Assembly: GCF_001194135.2 (NCBI RefSeq)
Contig: NC_068987.1
Coordinates: 89,181,799-89,245,798 of the forward strand
Source: Octopus bimaculoides
Taxonomy: Eukaryota
DNA: 64,000 nt
Direction: 5' to 3'
The translations under genes and the position numbers were made by a program. This document shows positions 1 to 12,787 of this stretch, one piece after another. A model generated the notes under the pieces. The model made no database searches. It was given only the letters and a program-made list of their open reading frames with translations, and had not been told where the DNA came from. The stretch's first letter is position 1, and each line of letters starts with the position of its first letter.

Positions 1-88
<88 letters not shown>

Positions 89-89
89 T

Positions 90-204
90 TATATAATTGT
101 TAAAGAGGACAACAGATATTAAGGCAAGGCAAACATCTCAAGTGGAAACGACTTGAGATATTTGCCTTGCCTTAATGTCTGTTGTCTTCTTTAACAATTA
201 TATA
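90..204. repeat. 54-bp-arm hairpin next to a (TA)/(TATG) microsatellite
   Basis: Arms 90-143 and 151-204, 3 transition mismatches, loop GGAAACG. Confidence 0.85.
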
Positions 205-845
205 TCCGCTGTATTAACACACACACACATTGCATATTTGTTGAGAGGGAAGAGCCTATGCTCCTGATCATTGCAAACCCTCTAAAACTTGTGTCACTGA
301 TGTGATTTGTATTCAGTTTGAACATCTGTAAATTAAATTCCAGGGGATTCACATTTCGGTGATGAATTATTGGGCCACGGTGTTTGGTGAGGGGGTAGGG
401 GAGTTTTGTAGGTGAAATGCAGTAACAGGGATGAGAAGAGGGAAAGCATGTGTTTTGGGTAAATTTGGGTGGAGTTGGTACAGAGTGAGTTAGTTCAGAA
501 GAGCCTAGGCTATTGTTGTATGGAAAAGAATAGACAAGGAGATGATACAGCAGTTCTGTAGCTAAAAATTGTTGAGTTGTTGATTGGTAAATATTTGGTC
601 ATTCATCTGAATAACCTCATTTTGAATACCATCAAAGTTGTTTGTGTGCGTGTGTAGCAGTTGTAGGTGCAGTGTCCCATTGTGCATTTTATTTAGCCTT
701 TTTCAAAGGTCATTACTTGTTTCTGGGCCTTGAAGGAAAAGGCTTGTTTTTAGGATGTGTTTTTAGTGGGTGCAAGACATTTTGGCACAGCTGTTTTGGC
801 ACAACCTATTTACCATTGCTGATTTAACATTGACTTCTTTGACAT

Positions 846-857
846 AAGTCATGTTTC

Positions 858-890
<33 letters not shown>

Positions 891-1044
891 GTCTATCTAT
901 CTATCTATCTGTCTGTGTCTATTTATCTTTATGAGCATATTTCTTTTTTATGTGTTTGAAGTTAAGAGAAAGTGTTTATGTCAATTGTGTTCAATTAATA
1001 GATTGTAATCTCTCTCTCCCTCTCTCCCTTCCTATGACTTCTTG

Positions 1045-1087
<43 letters not shown>

Positions 1088-1119
1088 CCTCTCTCTCTCT
1101 TTCTCTTTTTGTCTGTCTG

Positions 1120-1152
<33 letters not shown>

Positions 1153-1290
1153 TTGTGTCGGCATATTTCTCTCTTATGTGAAAATGAGGAGAGGGGAAAG
1201 AGTTTATGTCAACCACATTCAATTAATAAATTGTAATGTCTCTCTCTCTCTCTCTCCCCCCTCTTTCCCCCCTCTCTCTCTGCCTATCTG
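846..1290. repeat. (CT)n-rich block containing a diverged two-unit duplication
   Basis: GTTTATGTCAA...TTCAATTAATA.ATTGTAAT.TCTCTC at about 973 and 1202. Confidence 0.8.
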
Positions 1291-1518
1291 TACCTGTATG
1301 TTTCTCTAGCATCAATCAGTCATGCCAAACTTTCACTGTCCAAACAGCTGTGCTCGTTCATCTCGCTCCAGTTTTTTGTTATGTCTGCAATCATCAGGGA
1401 AGATTATTGGACCCACTTTGAGAGTTTTGGTTTTGTCCAAGATCAGGAAAAGTTACGTCCAAGATTCTTTTCTTGATATAACCAATGATTGTATCATGCC
1501 ATCTAAGTTGTTGGAATA

Positions 1519-1719
1519 AACCCATTAACATTCAGATTTTTCTGTCATATATAATCCTTATTTATTCGCATTGTTTTGAATCTCATAGATCCAAAATTTC
1601 GATAAAGTAAAATAACATTGTAGGGTAGGTGTGAGAGACCAAATCTAGTTATTTTGAACACAAAACAAATGGAGTATTTGGGCTGGATATGGCCGGTTTG
1701 AAAACTAAAAGATTAAATA
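1519..1719 (+). mobile_element. Degenerate MITE, piggyBac-like (TTAA-CCC...GGG-TTAA type ends)
   Basis: Related fragments at about 23794-23900 (+), 25045-25185 (+) and 28853-28935 (-); the first and last begin TTAACCCTT. Confidence 0.5.
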
Positions 1720-1871
1720 TTACAAAAGAAAATAACTTTAATAAACTATAATTATAATAATGAATTGAGTTCTTAGTAAACTTTCTGCTTTAATTTATTT
1801 ACATCAAGCATAATAGTTTTTATAATTCAATTTGAATTCTCTTCAAATATCCTCTTCCATCTATATTAGAA

Positions 1872-2416
1872 CTAGCTTTTGAACCCAGCGTTGCTTGTGT
1901 TTTCCGTGTTGAAGTTAAGCCCACCTCTGGCCTTGTATTGAAATCGTCTATGTTCCCCGTGCCAACTATTACCCATTAAGATGTTATATCTGGTTTGGTA
2001 GGCTGTTGCAGGATGAGTAGATGTGTGGCAGGCAGAGGGAAAATGGTCAGAGCAGGCAACGGAGGTTTGTTGATTGAGTGAAGTTTTTGCAGCCGACAAC
2101 AATGTGTTCAATAGTGCAAAGAACACAAATGTAAAGAAGTATTTCCTTAGAGGCTATTCTATCGATTTTGTTGAAATTTTACATGTGAAAAATGCAAAAT
2201 CTTCAGGAAAAATAACATCATTATGGGAATTTCCATTCAAATGCCCCGATTGAGCATTATCAAGTTTTTGAAAAATTCCAACCTTATTTGAACTTCAGGG
2301 CATGTGATCTACCTATGTGCCAAAAATCATTAAAATCAGTTGAATAATGTGGGAGGAGTTAGAGTAACCCCAAACACACAGACAGACAGACACCATTACA
2401 CATTTATGTATATAGA
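1872..2416 (-). mobile_element. Non-autonomous Helitron-like element
   Basis: On the minus strand it starts A|TC, has (TCTG)n near the 5' end and ends ...GCTAG|T. The 5' 120 nt resemble the element at 13659. Confidence 0.6.
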
Positions 2417-3444
2417 TTCCTCACACTAACATTTTGTTTGAAATCTTTGTTTTTTATATAATTTTAATTTATATATTGTTATAGAAGATTCTTTCTGTTA
2501 ATGTCCCAGACCATTCTGATATATGTATTAATTCCTGTTTTTTTTTTGTTTTTTTGTCCACCTTAAATATTCTTCTTATTTGTAATGCAGTTGTTTCCTC
2601 CTCCAGTATTAGCTTTAATCTATTTCAATCTGTGTTGATGGTTGTTCAGTTGTTGTGTATAACATTGGTTGGTCCTTAGCTTCATTTCTTGTTCACCTGA
2701 CTAACTCACCACTGATTCCTGCCTTAAACCTTCCTTTACTCTTGCCAATCATCTGTTACTTCATGTATTTCCTGTAGAAATGCTTGTTTTTTTTCATTTC
2801 CAATTTGTTTCTAGTTTTTCTTTTTTTTTATTGGTGTTCCATTGGTTTGAGTTCCTTCAATGTAAATGTAATGAGAAAGGTTTGCATACAAAATTTCATT
2901 GTCATCATCATCATCATCATCATAATCATAATCATCATTACCACCACCACCACCACCACCATCATCATCATTGTCATGTGTTCGAGAATTTGACAGGATC
3001 CAACAGGTCTGAAGACTGCATCATGCTCCGGTGCCTGTTTTTGGCATGGTTTATATGGCTGAAAGCTCTCCTTAATGGCAACCACTTTACAGCATGTAGC
3101 TGGGGTGGGGGTGGCATCAGCACTAGGTCACTGAGGTCACCATGCAGCCTGCGAGTCTAAGACCCGGAGAGCAGAAAGTGTGGATGGTTAGAGGTTGCGA
3201 GGGTGTATAAGAGAGAGATGGTTAGAGGTAGAGAATGAATGAAAGGGGGAATATTATGAACAAGTGTAGGGGAGGTAGAGAAGAGGGAGGAATAGGTGAG
3301 AATTGTAGAAACTGTGGAGGGTTATGGGGTGGCCAATGAGAGAGGAGTTGGGGGAGGTAGGGTGAGGAGATGACTGAAGGAAAAGGAATGGGACGGCGAA
3401 GAACTGTAGAATGGCAATAATTAATAATTATTATTCTTTCAAAT

Positions 3445-3856
3445 TTTTGCCACACAGGCAGATTGGGGGAGGGGATTAAGTCGATTACATTGACCCCAGT
3501 GCATAACTGGTACTTATTTAATCAACCCTGAAAGAATGAAAGGCAAAGTTGACCTCAGCGGAATTTGAACTCAGAACGTAAAGACAGGTGAAATACCACT
3601 AAGCATTTCACCTGGTGTGCTAACGATTTTGCCACCTCGCTACCTTAGCAATAATAATAATAATTCTTTCTACTATAGGCACACAGCCTGGATTTTGTGG
3701 CGAGGGGGACAATCGATCACATTGACCCCAATATTTAACTAGTACTTAATTTATTGACCCCGAAATGATGAAAGACAAAGTTGCCCTCAGTGGAATTTGA
3801 ACTCAGAATGTAGTGGCAGACGAAATACTGCCGAGCATTTTGCCCAGCATGCTAAC
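3445..3856 (-). mobile_element. SINE family A (tRNA-derived), two adjacent copies; a third at about 4214-4350
   Basis: B-box GAGTTCAAATTCC and central GTCGACTTTGCCTTTCATCC..GGGGTCGATAAA.TAAGTACCAG domain (Meta-domain-like, from memory). Confidence 0.8.
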
Positions 3857-4559
3857 NNNNNNNNNNNNNNNNNNNNNNNNNNNNNNNNNNNNNNNNNNNN
3901 NNNNNNNNNNNNNNNNNNNNNNNNNNNNNNNNNNNNNNNNNNNNNNNNNNNNNNNNNNNNNNNNNNNNNNNNNNNNNNNNNNNNNNNNNNNNNNNNNNNN
4001 NNNNNNNNNNNNNNNNNNNNNNNNNNNNNNNNNNNNNNNNNNNNNNNNNNNNNNNNNNNNNNNNNNNNNNNNNNNNNNNNNNNNNNNNNNNNNNNNNNNN
4101 NNNNNNNNNNNNNNNNNNNCAGCCAGCTCACCGTCTTATTAAATGATGATGATGATGATGATGATAATAATAAAATAATAATAATGATGATGATAATAAT
4201 AGTAGTAGTTTTATTTCTTTATTGCCCACAGGGGGCTAAACATAGAGGAGACAAACAAGGACAGACAAGGGGATTAAGTCGATTACATCGACCCCAATGA
4301 TTATTTAATCGACCCCGAAAGGATGAAAGGCAAAGTCAACCTTGGCGGAATAATAATAATAATAAAAATCGTAGTGTGGTCAGAGTAAGAAAGAGAGTGG
4401 ATGGGTGAAAGGAGGAGAGGAAGATAACATGTGGTTGGGTAGGTTGTGAGAGTGTGGAGGGAAATGTAGGGAGTGGGAGAGATGTATGGTGGTGGAGGAG
4501 AGGTGATCACTGTGGATGGGGAGGAGAGTTTTACATTTTTCTTTTTAGCTTCTATGATT

Positions 4560-4968
4560 GTCTCAGTCATTTCACTGCTGCCATGCTGGAGCATCACCTT
4601 GAAGGATTTCAGTCAAATGAATTGACCCCAGTCATTTTTTTTTTTATGAACCGTTAAGTTACAGGGACATAAACAAACCAACACTGGTTTTCAAAGTAGT
4701 AGAGAATGAACACATACACAAAGACTGACACGCATAGATATATCAATACATACATACAAACACACACACACACACACAGAGTTTCCATCTGCCAAATCCA
4801 TTTACAAAGCTTTGGTCAAACTAGAGCTATAGCAGGAAACAGTTACTCAAGGTGCTATGCTGTGTGTGTGTGTGTTTATTTATATATATATATGCATATG
4901 AGTATGTATGTATATATATGTTTATGTATATGTATATGTATATCATCATCATCATATATATATATATA

Positions 4969-5036
<68 letters not shown>

Positions 5037-5094
5037 TATACATACATACATGTGGTTGGTAAGCAAGCTACTTACCACACAGCCACTCCTGCGC

Positions 5095-5095
<1 letters not shown>
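4560..5095 (-). mobile_element. SINE family B (tRNA head plus CORE-like domain, internal microsatellite)
   Basis: Reverse complement of the GCAGGAGTGGCTGTGTGGTAAG head and CAGCATGGC...TGACTGA tail. Confidence 0.75.
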
Positions 5096-5127
<32 letters not shown>

Positions 5128-5182
5128 CATACATACACACACACACATATATATAATATATACATATACACATATACACATA

Positions 5183-5204
5183 CGAGGGGTTGCTGAAAAG
5201 TTCC
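5183..5204 (+). mobile_element. Possible isolated mariner TIR fragment
   Basis: TA followed by CGAGGGGTTGCTGAAAAGTTCC resembles mariner TIRs; no partner end found. Confidence 0.3.
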
Positions 5205-5392
5205 AAACATGACATCCCTCAACAGAAGATAGATTGGTATATAAAACTGCTTTCTTCAGTTAATGGGTTATGAAATCTTGAATGGATGTATCTGATTTCC
5301 ACAATAAAAGAGTTAATATTTAGAGAAAATTTATCATTGTAAAGTGAGTCAAAAGTTGAGAATTACATTGAGGAGAGTAATAAGTAAATTGA

Positions 5393-5554
5393 TGCTGGTG
5401 TAGCTGTGAGGTAAGATATTTATTTCTCAGCCACCTGGTTCTGGGTTCAGTCTCTCTGCGTGACACCTTGGGCAAGTGTCATTTTCTATGTGAGTGGATT
5501 TGCTAGATGGAATCTGAAAGAAGCTATTATGTGTGTGTGCGTGTGTGTGTGTGC

Positions 5555-5594
<40 letters not shown>

Positions 5595-5768
5595 ACCAGT
5601 ATTGATGTGTTTACATCCTGTAACTTAGAAATTTGGCAAATGTGACCAGTAGAACAAGTACCAGGCTTTAGAAAAAAAGTTTTGGGTGATTCATTTGACA
5701 AAAACTTCTTCAAAGTAGTACCCCAGCATGGCCACAGTCTAGTGACTGAAACAAGTAAAAGATAAAAG
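5393..5768 (+). mobile_element. SINE family B
   Basis: GGGTTCAGTC B box, CCTTGGGCAAGTGTC CORE-like motif, (GT)n, tail CCAGCATGGCCACAGT..TGACTGAAACAAGTAAAAGA. Confidence 0.8.
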
Positions 5769-6794
5769 AAATAATTATTTGAAGTTTTTTCTTAGTTTTA
5801 CAGTTATAATATTCCCCCAACCTTAGTGTTCCAGCAATGATGTGGCCATTAATTACATTTCATTACATATCATTAAAATTAATAAAATAACAAGAAAAAA
5901 ATCATAATCTTCAATAAATTAATCCATTTAATCTAAAGCCAGGGATTTTTTAAATTGATGATTTAAAAAAAGAAATTTTATTTAGTTATTGGCTGATTGA
6001 TTTCTAATATGAAAATGTGTTAATTTTTGCATGATATTATGTTAACTATGATTTTAGAAAATGGAATTTGGTTTTGGAATGATATTGGCTTTTATCTAAT
6101 CAAGCATGTTAATTTATCAATCTTTCTCTCTCAAATTATTAGTTTACAAGTTAGTAGTAAAAACTCCTGGGAATTCCAGTAATATACAGTGTTCTCATAT
6201 CATCTTCATTCTTATCATTTTTTTTTTTTTAATAGTTTGGTCTGGAGGAAGGAACTGTGTCCAAGGTCTTCACATTTCCCCCAAAAGACCTGCCAAATAG
6301 GCATTGCTTACTGAATCCTCAGTTTGCGTAGTGATTATTATTAGTTTTTAATTTTTTGTCTTTAGATCAACAAATCTCATTAAAATATACGATCTGGCTT
6401 TTTGGAATTTTATTGCTTTTAAATTGAATTGCGAAACGTTTGATGAAGCTATTGAATGGATAAATTCTGCTAATGCAACATTTATTGCCTCTAGACTGTT
6501 TTAAGATTTTGGTGTTTAATCATTCAATTTTTTCTGTGATTTTTCTCAAAATATACTTTGTGATAAAACAGTAAATTTAAATTTATGGAACACAAATCTT
6601 AATCTTGGAAAGTTACCATTTTTTTTTTTTTTCTTTTGCTATAGAATTAAAACCAATATCTTCAGCTGTTTAGTGTTAGAGTTGTGAGGTTTGATTGAAA
6701 CTGACGTTTTTGACTTTGATTGAATATTAATCACTGTAGAGTTAGATTTAGAGGAGACAGAGATCAATAGATTGGGAGAATTGATTGAGCAACT

Positions 6795-7325
6795 GACAAA
6801 TGCTATATAGTGTTTAGTTAGTTGTCCCACTACATTCAGAGTTCAAATCCTGCCAAGGTCGACTTTGCCTTTCATCCTTTTCAGTTTAATAAAATAAAAG
6901 TTCCAATCTAATACTGGGGTCAATGTAATCAAGCACCCCCCACCCCCACCCCCCACCCTCGCTACCAAAATAATTGGGTCTAATCCTTACATTAGAATCT
7001 GTGAGGATGACATTTCTTTTGGGTCTTTACGTTCTGAGGTCACATATGCCTTTTATCCTCCTGGGGTTGATAAAATAAAGTACCAGTCAAGTACTGGGGT
7101 CGATGTAACCAACAAACCTCCTTCTCCCCCTCGTCTTAAAATTGCTGGACTTTTGCCAAAATTTGAAATAATTATGATTATCAAAGATGATTTCAAATCC
7201 CATCGAGGTTAACATTGCCATTTATCCTTTTGGAATCAATAAAATATATTATCAATCACGTTCTGGAATCGATATAATCGACTAAACACTGCCCTCAAAA
7301 TTCCAAGCTTTGTACCTTTAACTAG
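6795..7325 (+). mobile_element. SINE family A, three degenerate tandem copies
   Basis: Repeated central domain GACTTTGCCTTTCATCC...AAGTACCAG...GGGGTCGAT. Confidence 0.7.
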
Positions 7326-8154
7326 AAACCGTATTGTGATCCAAGATAAAAGTTTTATATCAAGTTTGTTGAAATTGTCTCCCTTAGATTGTATATCGTC
7401 TGAACTGTTCTCCTCCCCCTTCCTCCCTTAAATCAGTGATTGTAAACATGTTGTTTCTCCTTGTTTCGTTTAGTTATTGTTTCTTTTTTTTTTTTGTTCT
7501 TGTTTAAATGTAAATAATATTGACTTCTTAGTTTGTTGTAAACAATACAAGTGAACTGATAATTACCAATTGTTTGTTTACAGTGTTCCTGTATATTAAC
7601 AGCATCATTATAATTGTCATTGGTTAATGCATTGTATGTTTCCTAAACAGTATATCCACTAAAAATGTTTGTTTTTCCTTTTCTAAATTTTCCTTCTTGT
7701 TGTTGTTGTTGTTGTTGTTTATGATAATGATGATGATGATGGTGATGGTGATGATGATGTTATGTTAGTTACTTATTTCTGCTTCTGCAGTGTTTGTTCC
7801 CTAACTTCAACTTTCAGAAATCTTATACTAAAATACAGATCTCATGAGAAAAATTGATATGTATTAAGCGTTGCCTTCATTGAATTCTGACATTGTGTGT
7901 GTGTGTGTGCGTGTGAGCGTGTGTGCGTGCGTGCGTGTGTACATATGTATGTATTTTTTAAAATTTGCAAAACAAGATGGAAGGAACAGGTTTTGATCAC
8001 TAAACACAACAATTGTTTCTGTGCATTGGTAACAGCAGTTAGTTGCTGAACTTTCCATATCATACTATTAAATAAACGTTCTGTAAAAAATATGATTCAG
8101 CAGCTCTGTACCAGCACATCATCAGGTGTGTGTGTGTGTATTTATATATATATA

Positions 8155-8998
8155 CAGGGTGCAATGGGTAAACTGTCACCATTTTAGATTTTTAATTTCG
8201 TGCATGTACATTGTTTGTTTTTGATTTTGTTGACTACAAACTATAGTAGGGTCAGTTGGGCACCATCTGTGAGAAAAACAGCACCATGATACAATTCACT
8301 CTGACAGAAATTTGGAAACAGTATGCTGTAATGCTTGGCATTTGCACCGGAACCTTCAATACAAACATTTCAGAGTGTTTGGGTGTCAATCTGAGGACAT
8401 GTATGAAGAATGATGAAAATCAAACATCTAGTCAGCTTCATGGTGTTTGGAGTGATCACTAGTGATGGCAATGTTATGCCTCCGTTCATCTTTCCACACA
8501 GCCTCAGACTCAACACGGAGGCCTACATCAAGTGCCTGGAGGAGGTGGTGCTGCCCTGGGTCAAGAGGGTGGCTGCTGGAAGACCCTATGTCTGGCAACA
8601 GGACTCTGCACCATGCCACACAAGCAGAACCCAGTCATGGCTGTCAGACAATTTCTGAAACCACAAACTCCCCAGACTGCAATCCCCTTCATTATTATGT
8701 GTACGGCGCAGTTCAGTGAGAGACCAACAAAACTTGTAACACCAAAGATGAACTGATGGCAAGGATTATGGCAACATTCACCAACTTCAACAAAGAGATT
8801 GTCCAGAAGACTTGCAGGAGATTCTGAAGTCGTCTGGAGGCCATGGTTGAAGCCAATGGCGATTTTATTGAATAAATTTACTCTTTAGTATTTGAAGATA
8901 TTTTTATGTAATTTTGGTAAATATATCTGTTAAAATGAGATATCAGTGTTATTTTCATTTTTGCATAATTTAGACGACAGTTTATTCACTGCACCCTG
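8155..8998 (+). mobile_element. Internally deleted Tc1/mariner transposon, maT (DD37D)-like
   Basis: 23-bp TIRs CAGGGTGCAATGGGTAAACTGTC / CAGGGTGCAGTGAATAAACTGTC, TA on the left flank, transposase remnants inside. Confidence 0.9.
8286..8875 (+). pseudogene. Disrupted maT-like transposase
   Basis: Motifs KH..S.MVFGVITSDG.VMPPFIF, WQQDSAPCHTS, NSPDCNPL(H)YYV and RLEAMVEANGDFIE*; deletions, frameshifts and stops. Confidence 0.85.
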
Positions 8999-10034
8999 GA
9001 TATATTAATGCACATATGTATGTGTATATAAATTATATTTGTTATTGGTTTGATATAATAATTGTTGTTTTTTTTTTATTTTGCGAATTCTATTGAAATT
9101 AATCATTTTAGCACTGTTTTAACAATTGATAAAATTCAGGTTGTAAAAAAATATATTATGAAATATAAAAGCATAAATATATAATGAAATTTGGAAGTTT
9201 CCTTATTTTTACCTGAAGCCATCCAATCCATGCCAGCATGGAAAGCAGATGTTAAAAATGATGACGAAAGTTTCTGATGTATTAAATGAAGTATTTTAAC
9301 ATAACTACAAGATGATGGCTACGGATCATTTTACATTATAAAAATCCCTCCACATTTAAAGGACAAATATATTTGTAATTTCTATACCCCCCCCCCCAAA
9401 AAAAAAGAAATTATTCTTGACCACAGAAAATTATCATAATTTAGTGGGGTTTTTTCCCAAGATCTTATTTTCAATAATGGTTTCTAAATATGTTGACTAA
9501 CAAAACCTAATTCCTTGTTCTGACTTGTAACTAATTACATTTAAACGTTTATATATTAAAATAGCTATCTACTTATCATACTTGATGTATGTACACCATT
9601 GATAGGCCAGTTACTACAGTATTCATCCTGGGATAACATCTCTTATAGATGTGCTATGTTAAAAATGCAATGAATATTGGAGGGGGTTAATAAAGACCAG
9701 CAACAATGTCAGATGCATTTGGGGGTTTTTTTTTGAAGGGAGATGCTTTTTCAAAGATGTACCGGCAACCACATGTTACAATATTTATTATTTTTAACAC
9801 AACACATCCATACGAGATATCTCAGGATAAATACTACAGTAACTGGCCTATCGAAGGTGTATATACATCAAGTGCAGTACATAGATAGTTATTTTAATTC
9901 ATTACTGACTCATTTGCATCCATGCAGATTTATATATTGTTTCCACATTTTGGTAAGCTGATTAGTATTTTATTTCTATATTTTATATTTCGTTACAGAA
10001 ATCGAAAATTAAAAATCAAATCACAATCAAAAAT

Positions 10035-10403
10035 GGAAATGGTAGTTGTGGCCGATGCCAGTGCTGCCTGACTGCCTCTCGTGCCGGTGACACGCAATAA
10101 GCACCATTCATGCGTGGGTCGTTGCCAGTGCCACTTGACTGGTCCCCTGTGCCAGTTGTTGCATGTAAAAAGCACCATCTGAACGTGGCCGATACCAGTG
10201 CCACTTGATTGGTTCCCATGCTGGTGGCATGTAAAAATCACCCACTACACTCTCAGAGTGGTTGGATTTAGGAAGGGCATCCAGCTGTAGAAACATTGCC
10301 AGATTAGATTGCAGCCTGGTGCAGCCTCCTGGCTTGCAAGTCTCCAGTCAACCCCTCCAACCCATGCCAGCATGGAAAACGGACGTTAAATGATGATGAT
10401 GAT
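10035..10403 (+). mobile_element. Family C: RTE-tailed non-autonomous retroposon ending in (GAT)n
   Basis: GC-rich tandem 5' units, then AAAAGCACC...AGGAAGGGCATCCAGCTGTAGAAAC...CCCATGCCAGCATGGAAAA.GGACGTTAAA(TGA)n. Confidence 0.8.
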
Positions 10404-10817
10404 GGAGTATATTCAATTCATTCATCCACTTTTGACAATTTTACACATCATTAATCATTACACAACTTTAAATGAATTAATAAAAGAGCTTCTATGTGAC
10501 TGCTCAAACTTGCTAGATATAGCAGCCTAATTTCCCTCAAATCACGTCCTGTTATCTTAAAAAATGTAAGGGGACATTGAATAATCTAGTTACATTAGGC
10601 ATACATGTATGTCTAAATAAAAGAAGAGGAGGCCAAAACTGGAAACCCTTTGATTGAAAATCTGTTCAATCAGGGCTAAGTTGTGGAGCTAACCCTCTCA
10701 TTAGGGAACTGGAAAGTTGAACCAGCTGTTTTTTTTTTTTATTGTATAAAATTCAGTGCCTCAAATTTCTTAGTTCAAACGTTGAACATAGTCACACTTT
10801 GTCTTTCAACATTTTGT

Positions 10818-10818
10818 T

Positions 10819-10850
<32 letters not shown>

Positions 10851-11172
10851 TATCATCATCATCATCAACATCATCATCATCATCATCATCATCGTTTAAC
10901 ATCCGTTTTCCATGCTAGCATGGGTTGGGCGATTTGACTGAGGTCTGGCGAACCAGATGGCTACACCAGGCTCCAATCTGATCTGGCAGAGTTTCTACAG
11001 CTGGATGCCCTTCCTAACACCAACCACTCCGAGAGTGTAGTGGGTGCTTTTATGTGCCACCAGCACGAGGGCCAGTCACGCGGTACTGGCAACAGCCACG
11101 CTCAAAATGGTGTATTTTACGTGCCACCTGCACAGGAACCAGTCCAGTGGCATTGGCAATGATCTCACTCGA
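10818..11172 (-). mobile_element. Family C copy with long (CAT)n tail, inverted relative to 10035-10403
   Basis: Reverse complement of the same motifs. Confidence 0.8.
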
Positions 11173-11697
11173 ATTTCTTTTCAGTGTTAGTTAAATAAAT
11201 TAACCATAACTTCAATCAAATTGCTAATGCAGTGACAACCTTTACTCATTCTACAACCCAAAATACTGGAATGCCCTCACTTGGTTTATACACCAAGACA
11301 TCACACCAAATACCTTTTATTCTGACATGCTCACTCATTTTTCTTTAAAAAAAACAATGTCTATGCTTTGATTTATATTGCATCTTAATCTGCTACATTT
11401 ATAACTAAACACTCATAGTTTTATACATGTTATTGATTTATTCTCTCAAATTGATATTATTGATTGCACAAGATGTTTCCTTAGAAAGTTGGTCAAATAC
11501 AATCACCATCCCTCATAGAGAACTACTTTTATATCATTAAATTTATTTAATTTTACTTCATTTCATTGATTTATTTATTCCTTTTAAGCTTATTTTAAAG
11601 TTAGGTCCTGAAAAAGTTGAAGTTTTTTTCTTTATATTTTTTTTACCTGATTATTCATGTTTGTTTTTGTTTTTGTGTTTTATTTGACTTTCCTCAG

Positions 11698-12356
11698 TAC
11701 TGTATTTCAACCGTTGCTTCTTTCAGTGGTAATGTGGTGGCTGTTTCACTCAGCGAAGATGAAGAAGATGAAGATGATGACCTTTATGACAGTGAGACTC
11801 TGAAGCCAGGCATGAGCCAGCAGTATTGTTTTAGTACTGCATCTGCTTCTATGACTCTACCTGTAAAACATTCTAGCCAAACTTCTTTAAATAATGGTTG
11901 TGACACTAATTTACTAAAAAATGAACATTCCCTGTTGCCAATGAATAATGGAGGTCCCCCCTCTTCATTGTCTCGGACAACAATCCCTTCCCCAAATAAT
12001 CATTCTGAAACATCATCAACTCTAAATCATTCACCAATTGGCCATAGAACATTAACATCACCAGACACACACAACACAATATCTTCATCAAAGAAAAATA
12101 ATTCATTATCATTTCCAATACGGAAAAGCTATAGTTTTTCACCAAATGGACATCGTTCTATATATTCTACCGCAGCTTTTCAAACATTGCCTGTACCGTC
12201 GGATTTTGGCTATCATTCATCACAAGATACATTTGGAACTTTAACATCTTCTGTGAGTGTAGGAACACTCACTTCACCCATCAGTTATGCAAATTTATCC
12301 AAAATATTTGAAAATTCCTCAACTCATTCATTAAAGCAAACAGATGGCACTTGCAG
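11698..12356 (+). CDS. Internal coding exon (Ser/Thr-rich, acidic patch) of the RASSF-like gene, long-isoform N-terminal region
   Basis: Only long non-repetitive ORF in the window (11617-12447). Polypyrimidine tract plus CAG acceptor at 11695-11697; donor TGCAG|GTTAGT at 12357. It ends in phase 2 (AG|), and joining to the phase-2 exon at 46017 gives ...DGTC-R-QDILEK in frame. An alternative acceptor at 11726/11727 is possible. Confidence 0.72.
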
Positions 12357-12787
12357 GTTAGTTGTTTCCAATTTATTTCAATTTTTCACGTTTTCACACT
12401 TGATTCATTTTCTAATTGAAGTTGGTACAAAAAATAGAGAATTTTAATGAGGCACATTTAGCACATCTTCTTCATATCTAGCATATTTGTAATCTTTAAT
12501 GACCCTTGAAGTCATTAAACCAATTTGCACCCAGTATTGACAGTTTTTTTTCTGTTCTTTATGAAAATTAGTCAATATATATATATACATTGATTACATA
12601 TTTCCACATTGTTTTAAATATTATTTAGGAAACAAAAATAACAGTTTATTGTGTAAAGATATGATTAAGATGAACTGAAAGAAGACTTTCTTCTTTAATT
12701 AAATGAAGTAAATTAAAATGAAAAAGGAAAAAGTTTGTAAATACTTACAATTTAAAATATTTTACAGACAATATTTTTATTACGTTT

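Noticed and set aside
3787-4300. ORFs spanning N runs (also at 20.3, 48.0 and 55.7 kb)
   Set aside because: Artefacts of assembly gaps.
950-5222. ORFs rich in LS, HT, YI, CV or poly-His/Ile
   Set aside because: Translations of (CT)n, (CA)n, (TA)n and (CAT)n microsatellites; no splice context or domain signal.
10035-10230. CRISPR-like repeat-spacer pattern in family C heads and tandem SINE A clusters
   Set aside because: Eukaryotic retroposon-internal tandem units; degenerate, with no unique spacers and no cas genes.
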